This document shows, one piece after another, positions 1 through 8,090 of a DNA stretch of 50,765 bases. Each line of letters opens with the position of its first letter. Within the stretch, counting starts at the first letter, position 1. Under the pieces are notes generated by a model that saw nothing but the letters and a program-made list of their open reading frames with translations, was not told the origin of the DNA and ran no database searches. The stretch spans positions 1 to 50,765 of the forward strand of contig CABTMH010000169.1 in NCBI GenBank assembly GCA_902485915.1. The letters are read 5' to 3'. Source of the stretch: an uncultured Oribacterium sp. (lineage in GTDB: Bacteria > Bacillota > Clostridia > Lachnospirales > Lachnospiraceae). Both the position numbers and the translations under genes were made by a program.

Positions 1-52
1 GGTACATCAAGGGTGAGATGTCGCAAGACGAAGGCTGAAATCGATGACAAAA

Positions 53-115
53 AACTTCCAGAGATAGCAAAACAAGCTCGCTAGAGGAGCTTTAGTTGCA
101 AAATCTCTGGAAGTT
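53..115. repeat. Long imperfect inverted repeat (hairpin) upstream of the BCCT gene
   Basis: Outer arms AACTTCCAGAGAT (53-65) and ATCTCTGGAAGTT (103-115) are perfect complements; inner GCAA/TTGC and AAGCTC/GAGCTT also pair. Confidence 0.7.
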
Positions 116-191
116 CACATACAGTAGAATTCGCTTGACGCGGCTGCCCTTCGGTGCTATATTGTTCAAAACATTTAAGAAGAAGGAGAAA

Positions 192-1757
192 ATGAACATG
201 AAACAGGACGAGAATGAAAAACTCGAACAGCTGGTGTCGGATCGGAGTCGCATCGACTGGATGATCACGCTGGTGCCGTTTGCGCTGATCGTGGTGCTGG
301 CGCTGCTGTTTTTTCTTCTGCCGGACGCGTCGAACGCCGTGCTCGGCGGTATCCGGACCTTTCTGGGGGACAGCTTCGGGCTGTACTATCTTCTGATCGG
401 TCTCGGAACGGCCGTGATGTCGCTCTACATCGCGTTCTCGCGCTATGGCCGCATCGTGCTCGGTGCGCCGGATGAGAAGCCGAAGTACAGCTTCTTCCAG
501 TGGGGGGCCATGATGTTCACGGCGGGGCTCGCCGCCGATATCCTGTTCTACTCCTTCTGCGAGTGGATCCTCTACTGGGAAGACCCGCACACCGTGGAGA
601 TGGGCAGCCGCATGGACTGGGCCAGCACCTTCACGCTGTTCCACTGGGGCCCGATTCCGTGGGGCTTCTACCTCGTGCTCGCGGTGGCCTTCGGCTTCAT
701 GCTGCATGTCCGGAAGCGGACGCGCCAGAAGTATTCAGAAGCCTGCCGTCCGATCCTCGGGAAGTACACCGACCGTCTGCCGGGCCGTTTCATCGACCTC
801 CTCGCCGTGTTTGCGCTCCTCGCCGGCACCGCAACCACCTTTTCTGTCGCTACGCCGCTCCTCAGTGAAGCGCTGAAGACGCTCCTCGGTATCGACCTCC
901 CGGATCGTACCATCACGATCGCGATTCTGCTCGTGACCTGCGTGCTCTACACCTGCGCGGTCATGCGTGGCATGCTCGGCGTCTCTCTGCTCGCCAATGT
1001 CTGCACCTACTGTTTTTATGGCTTACTTCTCTACGTGCTCGTCTGCGGCGGAGAAGCGCGCTTCATCCTCGAGACCGGCTTCTCCGCGATGGGGCGTCTC
1101 GCGCAGAACTTCCTCGGCCTCGCGACCTATACGGATCCGACGAGAAGCACCGGTTTCGCCCAGAACTGGACGATTTTCTACTGGGCATACTGGATGGTAT
1201 GGTGCGTGGCAGCGCCGTTTTTCATCGGATCGATATCCCGTGGTCGCACCATCCGCTCGACGATTCTCGGCGGCTATGTCTTCGGCATGGGTAGCACCTT
1301 CGTCAGCTTCATCGTGCTCGGGAATTATGGACTGGGACTTCAGATGTCCGGTCGCTTCGACATCGTCGCTCTTTATGAGCAGACGCAGAACCTGTACACC
1401 ACCATCATCACCATCATCCAGCAGCTGCCGCTCGCGAAGGTCGTGCTCGTGCTGCTCATCGTGACGATGATCGCCTTCTATGCGACCTCCTTCGATTCCA
1501 TCGCCCTGGTAGCTTCCCAGTACAGCTATCAGAACCTCGGAAAGGACGAGGAGCCGCAGGGCTGGATCAAGGCACTCTGGTCGGTGCTGCTCATCCTGCT
1601 TCCGGTCGCCCTCGTCTTCTCAGACAGCTCCATGGCGAACCTTCAGTCCGTCAGCATCATCGCAGCCTTCCCGATCGGTGCCGTCATCGTCCTGATCACT
1701 GCCGCGTTCCTGAAGGACGCGAAGGCGTATCTGGAGGAGATGAACGGACATGAATGA
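192..1757 (+). CDS. BCCT-family (betaine/carnitine/choline) transporter
   Basis: About 12 hydrophobic segments; family motifs PKYSFFQWGAMMF, FHWGPIPW, WTIFYWAYW, ISRGRTIR. Start moved to ATG 192 after the AAGGAG RBS. Confidence 0.92.
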   Translation: MNMKQDENEKLEQLVSDRSRIDWMITLVPFALIVVLALLFFLLPDASNAVLGGIRTFLGDSFGLYYLLIGLGTAVMSLYIAFSRYGRIVLGAPDEKPKYSFFQWGAMMFTAGLAADILFYSFCEWILYWEDPHTVEMGSRMDWASTFTLFHWGPIPWGFYLVLAVAFGFMLHVRKRTRQKYSEACRPILGKYTDRLPGRFIDLLAVFALLAGTATTFSVATPLLSEALKTLLGIDLPDRTITIAILLVTCVLYTCAVMRGMLGVSLLANVCTYCFYGLLLYVLVCGGEARFILETGFSAMGRLAQNFLGLATYTDPTRSTGFAQNWTIFYWAYWMVWCVAAPFFIGSISRGRTIRSTILGGYVFGMGSTFVSFIVLGNYGLGLQMSGRFDIVALYEQTQNLYTTIITIIQQLPLAKVVLVLLIVTMIAFYATSFDSIALVASQYSYQNLGKDEEPQGWIKALWSVLLILLPVALVFSDSSMANLQSVSIIAAFPIGAVIVLITAAFLKDAKAYLEEMNGHE

Positions 1758-1808
1758 AGAGGAGATGAACGGGCATGAATGAAGAGAAGATGAACGGATA
1801 TGAATGAA
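1734..1808 (+). repeat. 3 x 25-bp tandem repeat of the BCCT 3' end
   Basis: GAGGAGATGAACGGACATGAATGAA at 1734; variants at 1759 and 1784. Confidence 0.9.
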
Positions 1809-1812
1809 ATAG

Positions 1813-1844
1813 AAAAGCGGCAGAGGACATCCTCTGCCGCTTTT
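1813..1844. terminator. Bidirectional intrinsic terminator
   Basis: AAAAGCGGCAGAGGA-ca-TCCTCTGCCGCTTTT between convergent genes. Confidence 0.85.
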
Positions 1845-1861
1845 GTGATCAGATATTGTGA

Positions 1862-2635
1862 TCAGATATTGTCTTCAGAAGCGTTTTTAAAACTTGAAAG
1901 GGCATCGCTGGTTTTTTCTGAAGCACCTTCTTTTAAGGAACCATCCATATTGACGTCTTCGAGAATCGGGTTCACATCCCCGTCGTGGCTGTGGTCCTCT
2001 TTCGGCATGAACCGGAGGAAGATATGCTCGAACATCGTAGAGTTGATCCAGGCGATCAGCGCGAAGCCCATCAGCATCAGAAATGCAGACAGCCATGGCA
2101 TATAGAATAACAGAATATACCATACCAGCAGAATCACGACATCACAGATCAGCATCGAAATCGTGGATCCGAGATAGCGGATCGACATCAGGATGGCGTT
2201 CAGGATGGTGTTTCTGGTCGTATTTTCGAACCTGCTTAAGATCGGCCATACATACAGGAAGACGAAGATCCAGACGACGATCATAGTGAACACGACCGCC
2301 TGCAGGAAGAACTTCACCGTCTCAGAGCCGGTCGTCATCTGTCCGAAGAACCAGAAATCGAAGCCCAGCACCGCAGCGATCAGCAGCATCGGGATCCATA
2401 TGATCGTCGCCTGCTTGAAATTCTGCCTGAACGAGCGAAAGAACATCCGAAAATCACCGTAATCCTCATTACGAACATACTTCAGTGTGCAGTAGTACAG
2501 CGCCGTCGTGGACGCACCGATCGTCACGACCGGAATCGAGCAGACGAACCACAGAAGGTTCAGCACGATCATATCCCCGAGCCGGCCCACGAAACGCCAG
2601 ATCGGATTATCATAATTAAAAAAGCTCTGTAACAT
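1862..2635 (-). CDS. YesL/DUF624-family membrane protein
   Basis: Typical N-terminus FFNYDNPIWRF...LNLLWFVCSIPVVTIGASTTALYY and FFRSFRQNFKQAT; start at ATG 2635 after a GGGGGA RBS. Confidence 0.85.
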   Translation of the reverse strand: MLQSFFNYDNPIWRFVGRLGDMIVLNLLWFVCSIPVVTIGASTTALYYCTLKYVRNEDYGDFRMFFRSFRQNFKQATIIWIPMLLIAAVLGFDFWFFGQMTTGSETVKFFLQAVVFTMIVVWIFVFLYVWPILSRFENTTRNTILNAILMSIRYLGSTISMLICDVVILLVWYILLFYMPWLSAFLMLMGFALIAWINSTMFEHIFLRFMPKEDHSHDGDVNPILEDVNMDGSLKEGASEKTSDALSSFKNASEDNI

Positions 2636-2757
2636 TATGTCCCCCAGTTTTTTCTCATTCATGCCCCTGTTCATATGAGGCACATCTGAACAGACGTATG
2701 CAAATTGATTCAACAGAATTCTAGCATATTCTGATCGATAGATTCAATGCTTCGATT

Positions 2758-3426
2758 TTACTTCGAAAGACGCCGGAGTACTTCCGGGAGCTCGGAGATT
2801 TCGCGAATCACCGCCTTCGGGTTCGCGACAGTGCCGAAGCCGTAGCTCGCATAGATGAAGCTGATACCGGCCTGTGCGGCGCCGGCCTCGTCCATCGCGG
2901 TATCGCCGACGTAGACACAGCTCTCCTTCGTAAGGCCATTGCGCTCCATCAGAAGCCGGATGTTGCTGCCCTTTTTCTTTCCGGTTCGTCCATAACACTC
3001 GAAGTCCTGCACATCGCCCTCGACCTCTACCGGTCCCAGGATCCAGCCGGCATCCTCGATGAGGGTCTCGATATAACCATCCTGGCAGTTCGATACGATA
3101 TAGACGCGGTAGCCCTCCTCATGGAGACGCTCGATCGTCTCCATACAGCCCGGATAGAAATCCCCGCTGTGGGCACGAAGATACTGGTCCTCGTTCTCCA
3201 TGCAGTCCTGCATGATCAGCGCCCGCAGCTCCTCCGAGATATCCGGCAGCATCATGTAGCTGATCTCATACATCGTATGGCCCATGAAGCGGTACATATC
3301 CTCGACCGTGATCTTCACGCCCTTCGTTTCCGGATGACGGTCCAGCACCTCCTGCCAGGCAGCCGTCACCTGACGCGCCGAGTCCCATAAGGTACCATCC
3401 ACATCGAATATCACATTTCTGATCAT
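2758..3426 (-). CDS. HAD-family hydrolase (phosphoglycolate phosphatase-like)
   Basis: Motifs FDVDGTL, VSN and YVGDT..D. Confidence 0.9.
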   Translation of the reverse strand: MIRNVIFDVDGTLWDSARQVTAAWQEVLDRHPETKGVKITVEDMYRFMGHTMYEISYMMLPDISEELRALIMQDCMENEDQYLRAHSGDFYPGCMETIERLHEEGYRVYIVSNCQDGYIETLIEDAGWILGPVEVEGDVQDFECYGRTGKKKGSNIRLLMERNGLTKESCVYVGDTAMDEAGAAQAGISFIYASYGFGTVANPKAVIREISELPEVLRRLSK

Positions 3427-3550
3427 GCTCTTATCTCCATTTTTTCTGAACGATACAGGCCCGGGATACCGTTTTTCCTGACACCTGTTCCTGCACTTTC
3501 TGAAGTGTAGCAGAAGTCTCTGTACTCAAAAAGTCAAATTTGAATTCTGC

Positions 3551-3636
3551 GTTCATAGTCCGTTCATATTTGAACCTGAATGTTAACAGAATGTTCACGT
3601 GCCCCACATACTTTGTTCACCATTGACCTATATATT
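3551..3636 (+). promoter_or_regulatory. 11-bp-phased GTTCAY direct repeats followed by a TATATT -10 (putative response-regulator-activated promoter)
   Basis: GTTCAT at 3551 and 3562; GTTAAC 3582, GTTCAC 3593, degenerate CCACAT 3604, GTTCAC 3615; TATATT at 3631-3636, 10 nt after the last box. Confidence 0.55.
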
Positions 3637-3642
3637 ATAACC

Positions 3643-3742
3643 AAGATAACAAATAAGTTATCGATTTAAGAAGATTTTTTTCATAATACTCGGGCAGGGA
3701 TCGAAGGATCACCTGCCCTCCTCCCTTTTATGGGGCTTTTTT
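3643..3742 (+). ncRNA. Candidate small RNA A (anti-start-codon and anti-SD tracts)
   Basis: ORF-free; 5' hairpin GATAAC/GTTATC, then GATTTTTTTCATAAT, GC hairpin 3692-3718, CTCCTCCC and a T-run. Layout matches candidate B. Confidence 0.6.
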
Positions 3743-3744
3743 CT

Positions 3745-3814
3745 TTACTTTTCTCTCGTCAACCGGCTTCCCGACACGTCTCCATGCCTGATCAGTACAC
3801 GTGTGAACAGTAAC
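3745..3814 (+). repeat. Intergenic REP/MITE-like repeat, copy 1
   Basis: TTACTTTTCTCTCGTCAAC...CCGGCTTCCCGACACG...CCTGATCAGTACACGTGTGAACAGTAAC. Confidence 0.85.
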
Positions 3815-3853
3815 GGACAGACAAAAATAGTTCTTAATTTAGTACAAGACGGC

Positions 3854-3907
3854 TTGATGACATGAAAGGGGCTGTGCTATACTGAATGTGTTTTGAAAAC
3901 GCTTACA
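3854..3907 (+). promoter_or_regulatory. kdgK promoter with a cre/LacI-type operator
   Basis: TTGATG-18-TATACT with an extended TG; TGAAAACGCTTACA (3894-3907) matches the cre consensus TGWAANCGNTNWCA. Confidence 0.65.
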
Positions 3908-3969
3908 AGTGGTACTGCGCTTTCAGGTAAACCAGTTAGGTTCTGTCGGCATAGTGCGGACAGTTTTAA

Positions 3970-5079
3970 ATGGAGGAAGTTATGGATTTAAATTTAAGAC
4001 CAGCAAATGAGTGTGCATTTGATGCGGTTTCTCTGGGTGAGGTTATGCTTCGTCTGGATCCGGGTGAGGGTAGAATCAGAACTGCCAGATCCTTCCGTGC
4101 ATGGGAAGGCGGCGGAGAGTACAACGTTATCCGCGGACTTCGTAAGTGCTTCGGCTTAAAGACCGCTGTTCTTACTGCACTTGCAGATAACGAGGTCGGC
4201 CATCTGGTTGAGGACTTCATGATGCAGGGTGGTGTGGATACATCCCTCGTAAAGTGGATGGACACCGACGGAATCGGCCGCGTATGCAGAAACGGTCTGA
4301 ACTTCACTGAGAGAGGCTTCGGTATCCGTGGTGCAAAGGGCTGCTCTGACCGTGCAAACACCGCTATTTCCAAGGCTACACCGGCTGATTTTGATTTCGA
4401 TTACATCTTCGGTGAGCTCGGCGTTCGCTGGCTCCACACCGGCGGAATCTATGCAGCTCTTTCTGAACAGGCTTCTGAGACTGCAATCGCTGCGATCAAG
4501 GCTGCGAAGAAGTATGGCACCATCGTTTCCTATGACCTTAACTACCGTCCTTCCATGTGGTCCGCAATCGGCGGCCAGGCAAAGGCTCAGGAGGTAAATA
4601 AGGAGATCGCTCAGTACGTTGACGTTATGATCGGTAACGAGGAAGACTTCACCGCTTGCCTCGGCTTCCAGATCGAGGGCCAGGACGAGTCTCTCAAGGA
4701 GCTCAACATCGACGGCTACAAGAAGATGATCAACGAGGCTGTAAAGACCTACCCGAACTTCAAGGCAGTTGCAACGACGCTTCGTACCGTTCACACGGCA
4801 ACCGTAAACGACTGGTCCGCACTCTGCTGGGCAGACGGCGAGATCTACAAGGCAGCTGATTATAAGGGCCTCGAGATCATGGATCGTGTCGGCGGCGGCG
4901 ACTCCTTCGCATCCGGCCTCGTATATGGCCTCATGACCACCGGCGATGCGGAGAAGGCTGTAAACTACGGTGCAGCGCATGGCGCACTCGCGATGACCAC
5001 TCCTGGTGATACCACGATGGCAACCAAGAAGGAAGTAGAAGCGATCATGGGCGGCGCAGGCGCACGTGTACAGCGTTAA
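3970..5079 (+). CDS. kdgK: PfkB-family sugar kinase, 2-keto-3-deoxygluconate kinase-like
   Basis: Motifs LGEVMLRL, GGGEYNV, DLNYRPSMW and DRVGGGDSFASG; true start may be ATG 3982. Confidence 0.8.
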   Translation: MEEVMDLNLRPANECAFDAVSLGEVMLRLDPGEGRIRTARSFRAWEGGGEYNVIRGLRKCFGLKTAVLTALADNEVGHLVEDFMMQGGVDTSLVKWMDTDGIGRVCRNGLNFTERGFGIRGAKGCSDRANTAISKATPADFDFDYIFGELGVRWLHTGGIYAALSEQASETAIAAIKAAKKYGTIVSYDLNYRPSMWSAIGGQAKAQEVNKEIAQYVDVMIGNEEDFTACLGFQIEGQDESLKELNIDGYKKMINEAVKTYPNFKAVATTLRTVHTATVNDWSALCWADGEIYKAADYKGLEIMDRVGGGDSFASGLVYGLMTTGDAEKAVNYGAAHGALAMTTPGDTTMATKKEVEAIMGGAGARVQR

Positions 5080-5109
5080 TTCCGAACTGGATTCGTTCTA
5101 AAGTAAACT

Positions 5110-5147
5110 GAAAACCTCCTCTTGCCTTCGGGTAAGAGGAGGTTTTC
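5110..5147 (+). terminator. Intrinsic terminator after kdgK
   Basis: GAAAACCTCCTCTTGCC-ttcg-GGTAAGAGGAGGTTTTC. Confidence 0.85.
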
Positions 5148-5222
5148 GGTATTCAGGCTTATAAATGTCCACTATATTCCGTTCGGATTTTCGAAATGCT
5201 CGATGGGATCAGCCATCACACA

Positions 5223-5387
5223 GCAGAACCGGCACCATAGGGGAACCAGCTTGCGCATTCAAAGAACAGGTTCTTATGAAAAGTCCGTGTAGGGGATACA
5301 GATTTATCTGTAATGCCCTACACGGACTTTTCATGAGGTTCTGTACTTTGAACTAAGTGAGCGGTTCCCCTACGGTGGCGGTTCTGC
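5223..5387. repeat. 165-bp near-perfect palindrome (MITE/REPIN-like)
   Basis: Paired blocks GCAGAACCG/CGGTTCTGC, TAGGGGAACC/GGTTCCCCTA, TTCAAAG/CTTTGAA, ATGAAAAGTCCGTGTAGGG/CCCTACACGGACTTTTCAT and TACAGAT/ATCTGTA. Confidence 0.85.
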
Positions 5388-5399
5388 GTCCGCAACAAA

Positions 5400-6095
5400 T
5401 CAGGCGACGTTCATCACGAGCGGTACCAGGATCACGGTGAGGATTCCCGCCACACAGATACTGATGGACCCCATGGCACCCTCGATCTCACCGAGCTCCA
5501 GTGCCTTCGCGGTACCCACCGCATGTGCCGAGGTACCGAGCGCCAGACCCCGCGCGATCGGATGATCGATATGGAAAAGCCGGAACACCAGCTCTGCGAT
5601 CATGTTGCCGAGGATGCCCGTGATGATGATCGCCGCCACGGTCAGCGTGACGATACCGCCCGCCTCCTCCGACACGCCCATGCCGATCGCCGTCGTGATC
5701 GACTTCGGCAGCAGTGTGGCGATGTGCTCCGCGGTCAGTCCGAACAGCTTCCCCATGATGAGAATGCTGAGAATCGAGCAGAGCGTGCCGGCGGTGATCG
5801 CCGCCAGCACCGCCACCAGATTATCCTTCAGCAGCCGGAGCTGCTTGTACATCGGAATCGCGAGACAGACCGTCGCCGGCGTCAGCAGGTAGCTGAGCAG
5901 ATTCGCACTCGCCTTGTAATCCTCATATGGAATCTGGAAGATCACCAGCACCGCGATGACCATGATCGTCGACACCAGCAGCGGATTCAGGATGGCGACA
6001 CGGAACTTCGCCTTCAGCCGGACGGCCAGCAGAAATAAAAAGATACTTAAGATTAAACCGAAATAGCCAGAGCTCTGCAGCGCTTCTTTCATCAT
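5400..6095 (-). CDS. lrgB: LrgB/CidB-family membrane protein
   Basis: Motifs LLTPATVCLAIPMY, LLPKSITTAIG and ARGLALGTSAHAVGT. Confidence 0.9.
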   Translation of the reverse strand: MMKEALQSSGYFGLILSIFLFLLAVRLKAKFRVAILNPLLVSTIMVIAVLVIFQIPYEDYKASANLLSYLLTPATVCLAIPMYKQLRLLKDNLVAVLAAITAGTLCSILSILIMGKLFGLTAEHIATLLPKSITTAIGMGVSEEAGGIVTLTVAAIIITGILGNMIAELVFRLFHIDHPIARGLALGTSAHAVGTAKALELGEIEGAMGSISICVAGILTVILVPLVMNVA

Positions 6096-6667
6096 GCCTC
6101 CTCCTTTCGCTCCGCTTCCGCGGAAGTCATCTGTGCAGCGTCGGAAGCATTGGCCTCCGCCTGTGACGCATGGCGCTGTACTTCCTTCTCATGCAGGATC
6201 TCACGGTAGCCGTTCGCACCATCGATCTCACCGTTCGGACTCAGCGCGCGGCGACCGATGCCGAAGGTCTCATGCGGCTCGAGGGAAAGCTCAGCGGCCT
6301 CTGCATCCTGATCCTCCTTCGGCTCACTGCGCCGAAGAATCGCGGTCGCGGTCAGGCCCGTGACGACCATGACGAGCACCGTCGACACGACGATGATCAC
6401 GAGGTATGGCAGGAGCACCGGGAGCAAGATATCGATGGCACTCATGATGCCGACCGCCGCCGGAATGAACATCATGGTCATGGTGTCGAGCAGGAAATTA
6501 CCCGCGCCCTCGACCTCCGGCAGCTTCACGATCCCGGTCACCAGTGCGATGAGCAGCAGGATCATACCATATACACCTGCCGGAACCGGAAGTGGCAGGA
6601 GTGTGTTCAGCAGTTCACCGAGAAAGGTGAATGCGATGATCCACATGATTTCTTTTACGTATTTCAT
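6092..6667 (-). CDS. CidA/LrgA-family holin-like protein with a C-terminal extension
   Basis: GELLNTLLPLPVPAGVYGMILL and FIPAAVG; adjacent to lrgB; start at ATG 6667 after an AGAGGG RBS. Confidence 0.88.
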   Translation of the reverse strand: MKYVKEIMWIIAFTFLGELLNTLLPLPVPAGVYGMILLLIALVTGIVKLPEVEGAGNFLLDTMTMMFIPAAVGIMSAIDILLPVLLPYLVIIVVSTVLVMVVTGLTATAILRRSEPKEDQDAEAAELSLEPHETFGIGRRALSPNGEIDGANGYREILHEKEVQRHASQAEANASDAAQMTSAEAERKEEA

Positions 6668-6794
6668 GGAACCCTCTTTTCTTAATAGAATGTATTCATA
6701 AATCAGGTAAATACTAGTGGGCGACCTTTCGCGGATATCCGGAAGGACGACCCACAATGGCCTCCATTATACCCTCGTGACCGGCACTGTAAAG

Positions 6795-6870
6795 CGTTAA
6801 TTTTTCGTCGACTGGATTCAGGCTTTCCGACACGGCCACTACCTAATCAGTACACGGGCGAACAGGAACC
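6795..6870 (+). repeat. Intergenic REP/MITE-like repeat, copy 2 (degenerate)
   Basis: TCGTCGACTGGATTCAGGCTTTCCGACACGGCC...CCTAATCAGTACACGGGCGAACAGGAACC. Confidence 0.75.
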
Positions 6871-6988
6871 ATGCATAGAAAGGTATGTGATTCTGTGCAT
6901 TTCCCCTATTGTGCTTTGCAGAAAATCCATTATACTAAAATGCGGTGGTTAACGATTTACTACGTTCAATTTCATATGGAGGGTAAAG

Positions 6989-7858
6989 ATGACAGATTTT
7001 AAGCCAGTGAAGGAAGGCAAGGTTCGTGAGATCTATGATCTCGGAGACAAGCTCATCATGGTCGCAACCGACCGTATTTCCGCATTTGATGTGATCCTGC
7101 ACAACCAGATCACAGAGAAGGGTAAGGTTCTGACCCAGATGTCGAAGTTCTGGTTCGATCTGACGAAGGATGTAATCCCGAACGATCTGATTTCTGTTGA
7201 GAACGAGGATATGCCGGAGTTTTTCCAGCAGCCGGAGTTTGAGGGCAGAGCGACACTGTGCAAGAAGCTCGAGATGATCCCGATCGAGTGCATCGTACGT
7301 GGCTACATCACCGGTTCCGGCTGGGAGAACTATAAGAAGGACGGCACCATCTGTGGTATGAAGCTCCCGGAGGGCCTCGTCGAGTGTGCGAAGCTTCCTG
7401 AGCCGCTTTACACTCCGTCGACGAAGGCAGAGCTCGGCGATCACGATGAGAACATCAACTTCGAGCAGTCCATCGTGGTTCTCGAGAAGGCATTCCCTGG
7501 CAGAGGCGAGGAGATCGCTACGAAGATCAAGGATGCAACGATCGCTGTCTATAAGAAGTGTGCAGACTATGCACTTTCGAAGGGCATCATCATCGCCGAT
7601 ACCAAGTTCGAGTTCGGTCTCGATGAGGATGGCAACGTGCTCCTCGCAGATGAGGTTCTGACACCGGACAGCTCCAGATTCTGGAGACTCGACCAGTACA
7701 AGCCAGGTGAGGGACAGTCCAGCTTCGATAAGCAGTTCGTACGTAACTGGCTGAAGGCAAACCCGGATAACAACGCAACCCTTCCGCAGGAGGTCGTGGA
7801 TAAGACCATCGCTCTCTATAAGGAAGCGTACACTATGCTGACCGGTAAGGAGATCTGA
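6989..7858 (+). CDS. purC: SAICAR synthetase
   Basis: Motifs GKVREIY, TDRISAFD, ECIVRGY, DTKFEFG, DEVLTPDSSRFW and SFDKQ. Confidence 0.97.
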   Translation: MTDFKPVKEGKVREIYDLGDKLIMVATDRISAFDVILHNQITEKGKVLTQMSKFWFDLTKDVIPNDLISVENEDMPEFFQQPEFEGRATLCKKLEMIPIECIVRGYITGSGWENYKKDGTICGMKLPEGLVECAKLPEPLYTPSTKAELGDHDENINFEQSIVVLEKAFPGRGEEIATKIKDATIAVYKKCADYALSKGIIIADTKFEFGLDEDGNVLLADEVLTPDSSRFWRLDQYKPGEGQSSFDKQFVRNWLKANPDNNATLPQEVVDKTIALYKEAYTMLTGKEI

Positions 7859-7909
7859 GGATTATAACAGATCCTGTGGTTTCGTTTTTTGAACAAATTC
7901 AAAAACATC

Positions 7910-7942
7910 GAGCGTCATGTATGTACATGGCGCTCTTTTTTT
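7910..7942 (+). terminator. Intrinsic terminator after purC
   Basis: GAGCGTCATGTA-tg-TACATGGCGCTC followed by a T-run. Confidence 0.8.
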
Positions 7943-8090
7943 GTATAATTTTCGCAGAAAACCCTGCTTTTTCGCACAGATTTGTTAAAATTTCTACAAA
8001 TCCATGGGATCTCACGAAATTACACGATGGATGCGAGAAACAGATTACGAAAATCGATGTCATATCGAACACACAAATAAGGAGTCCACC

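Noticed and set aside
1..38. Possible 3' end of an upstream CDS (YIKGEMSQDEG*)
   Set aside because: Too short to establish frame or identity.
1734..1808. Tandem repeats here and at 13221-13334 as CRISPR arrays
   Set aside because: Units are head-to-tail with no unique spacers, copy the gene ends, and no cas genes are present.
3456..3494. Possible highly decayed repeat copy (CCGTTTTTCCTGACACCTGTTCCTGC)
   Set aside because: Similarity to the inner module is too low to support by eye.
3745..3814. Repeat family as integron attC sites
   Set aside because: Ends read GTTAC...GTAAC, the opposite arrangement to RYYYAAC...GTTRRRY; flanking genes are housekeeping and there is no integrase.
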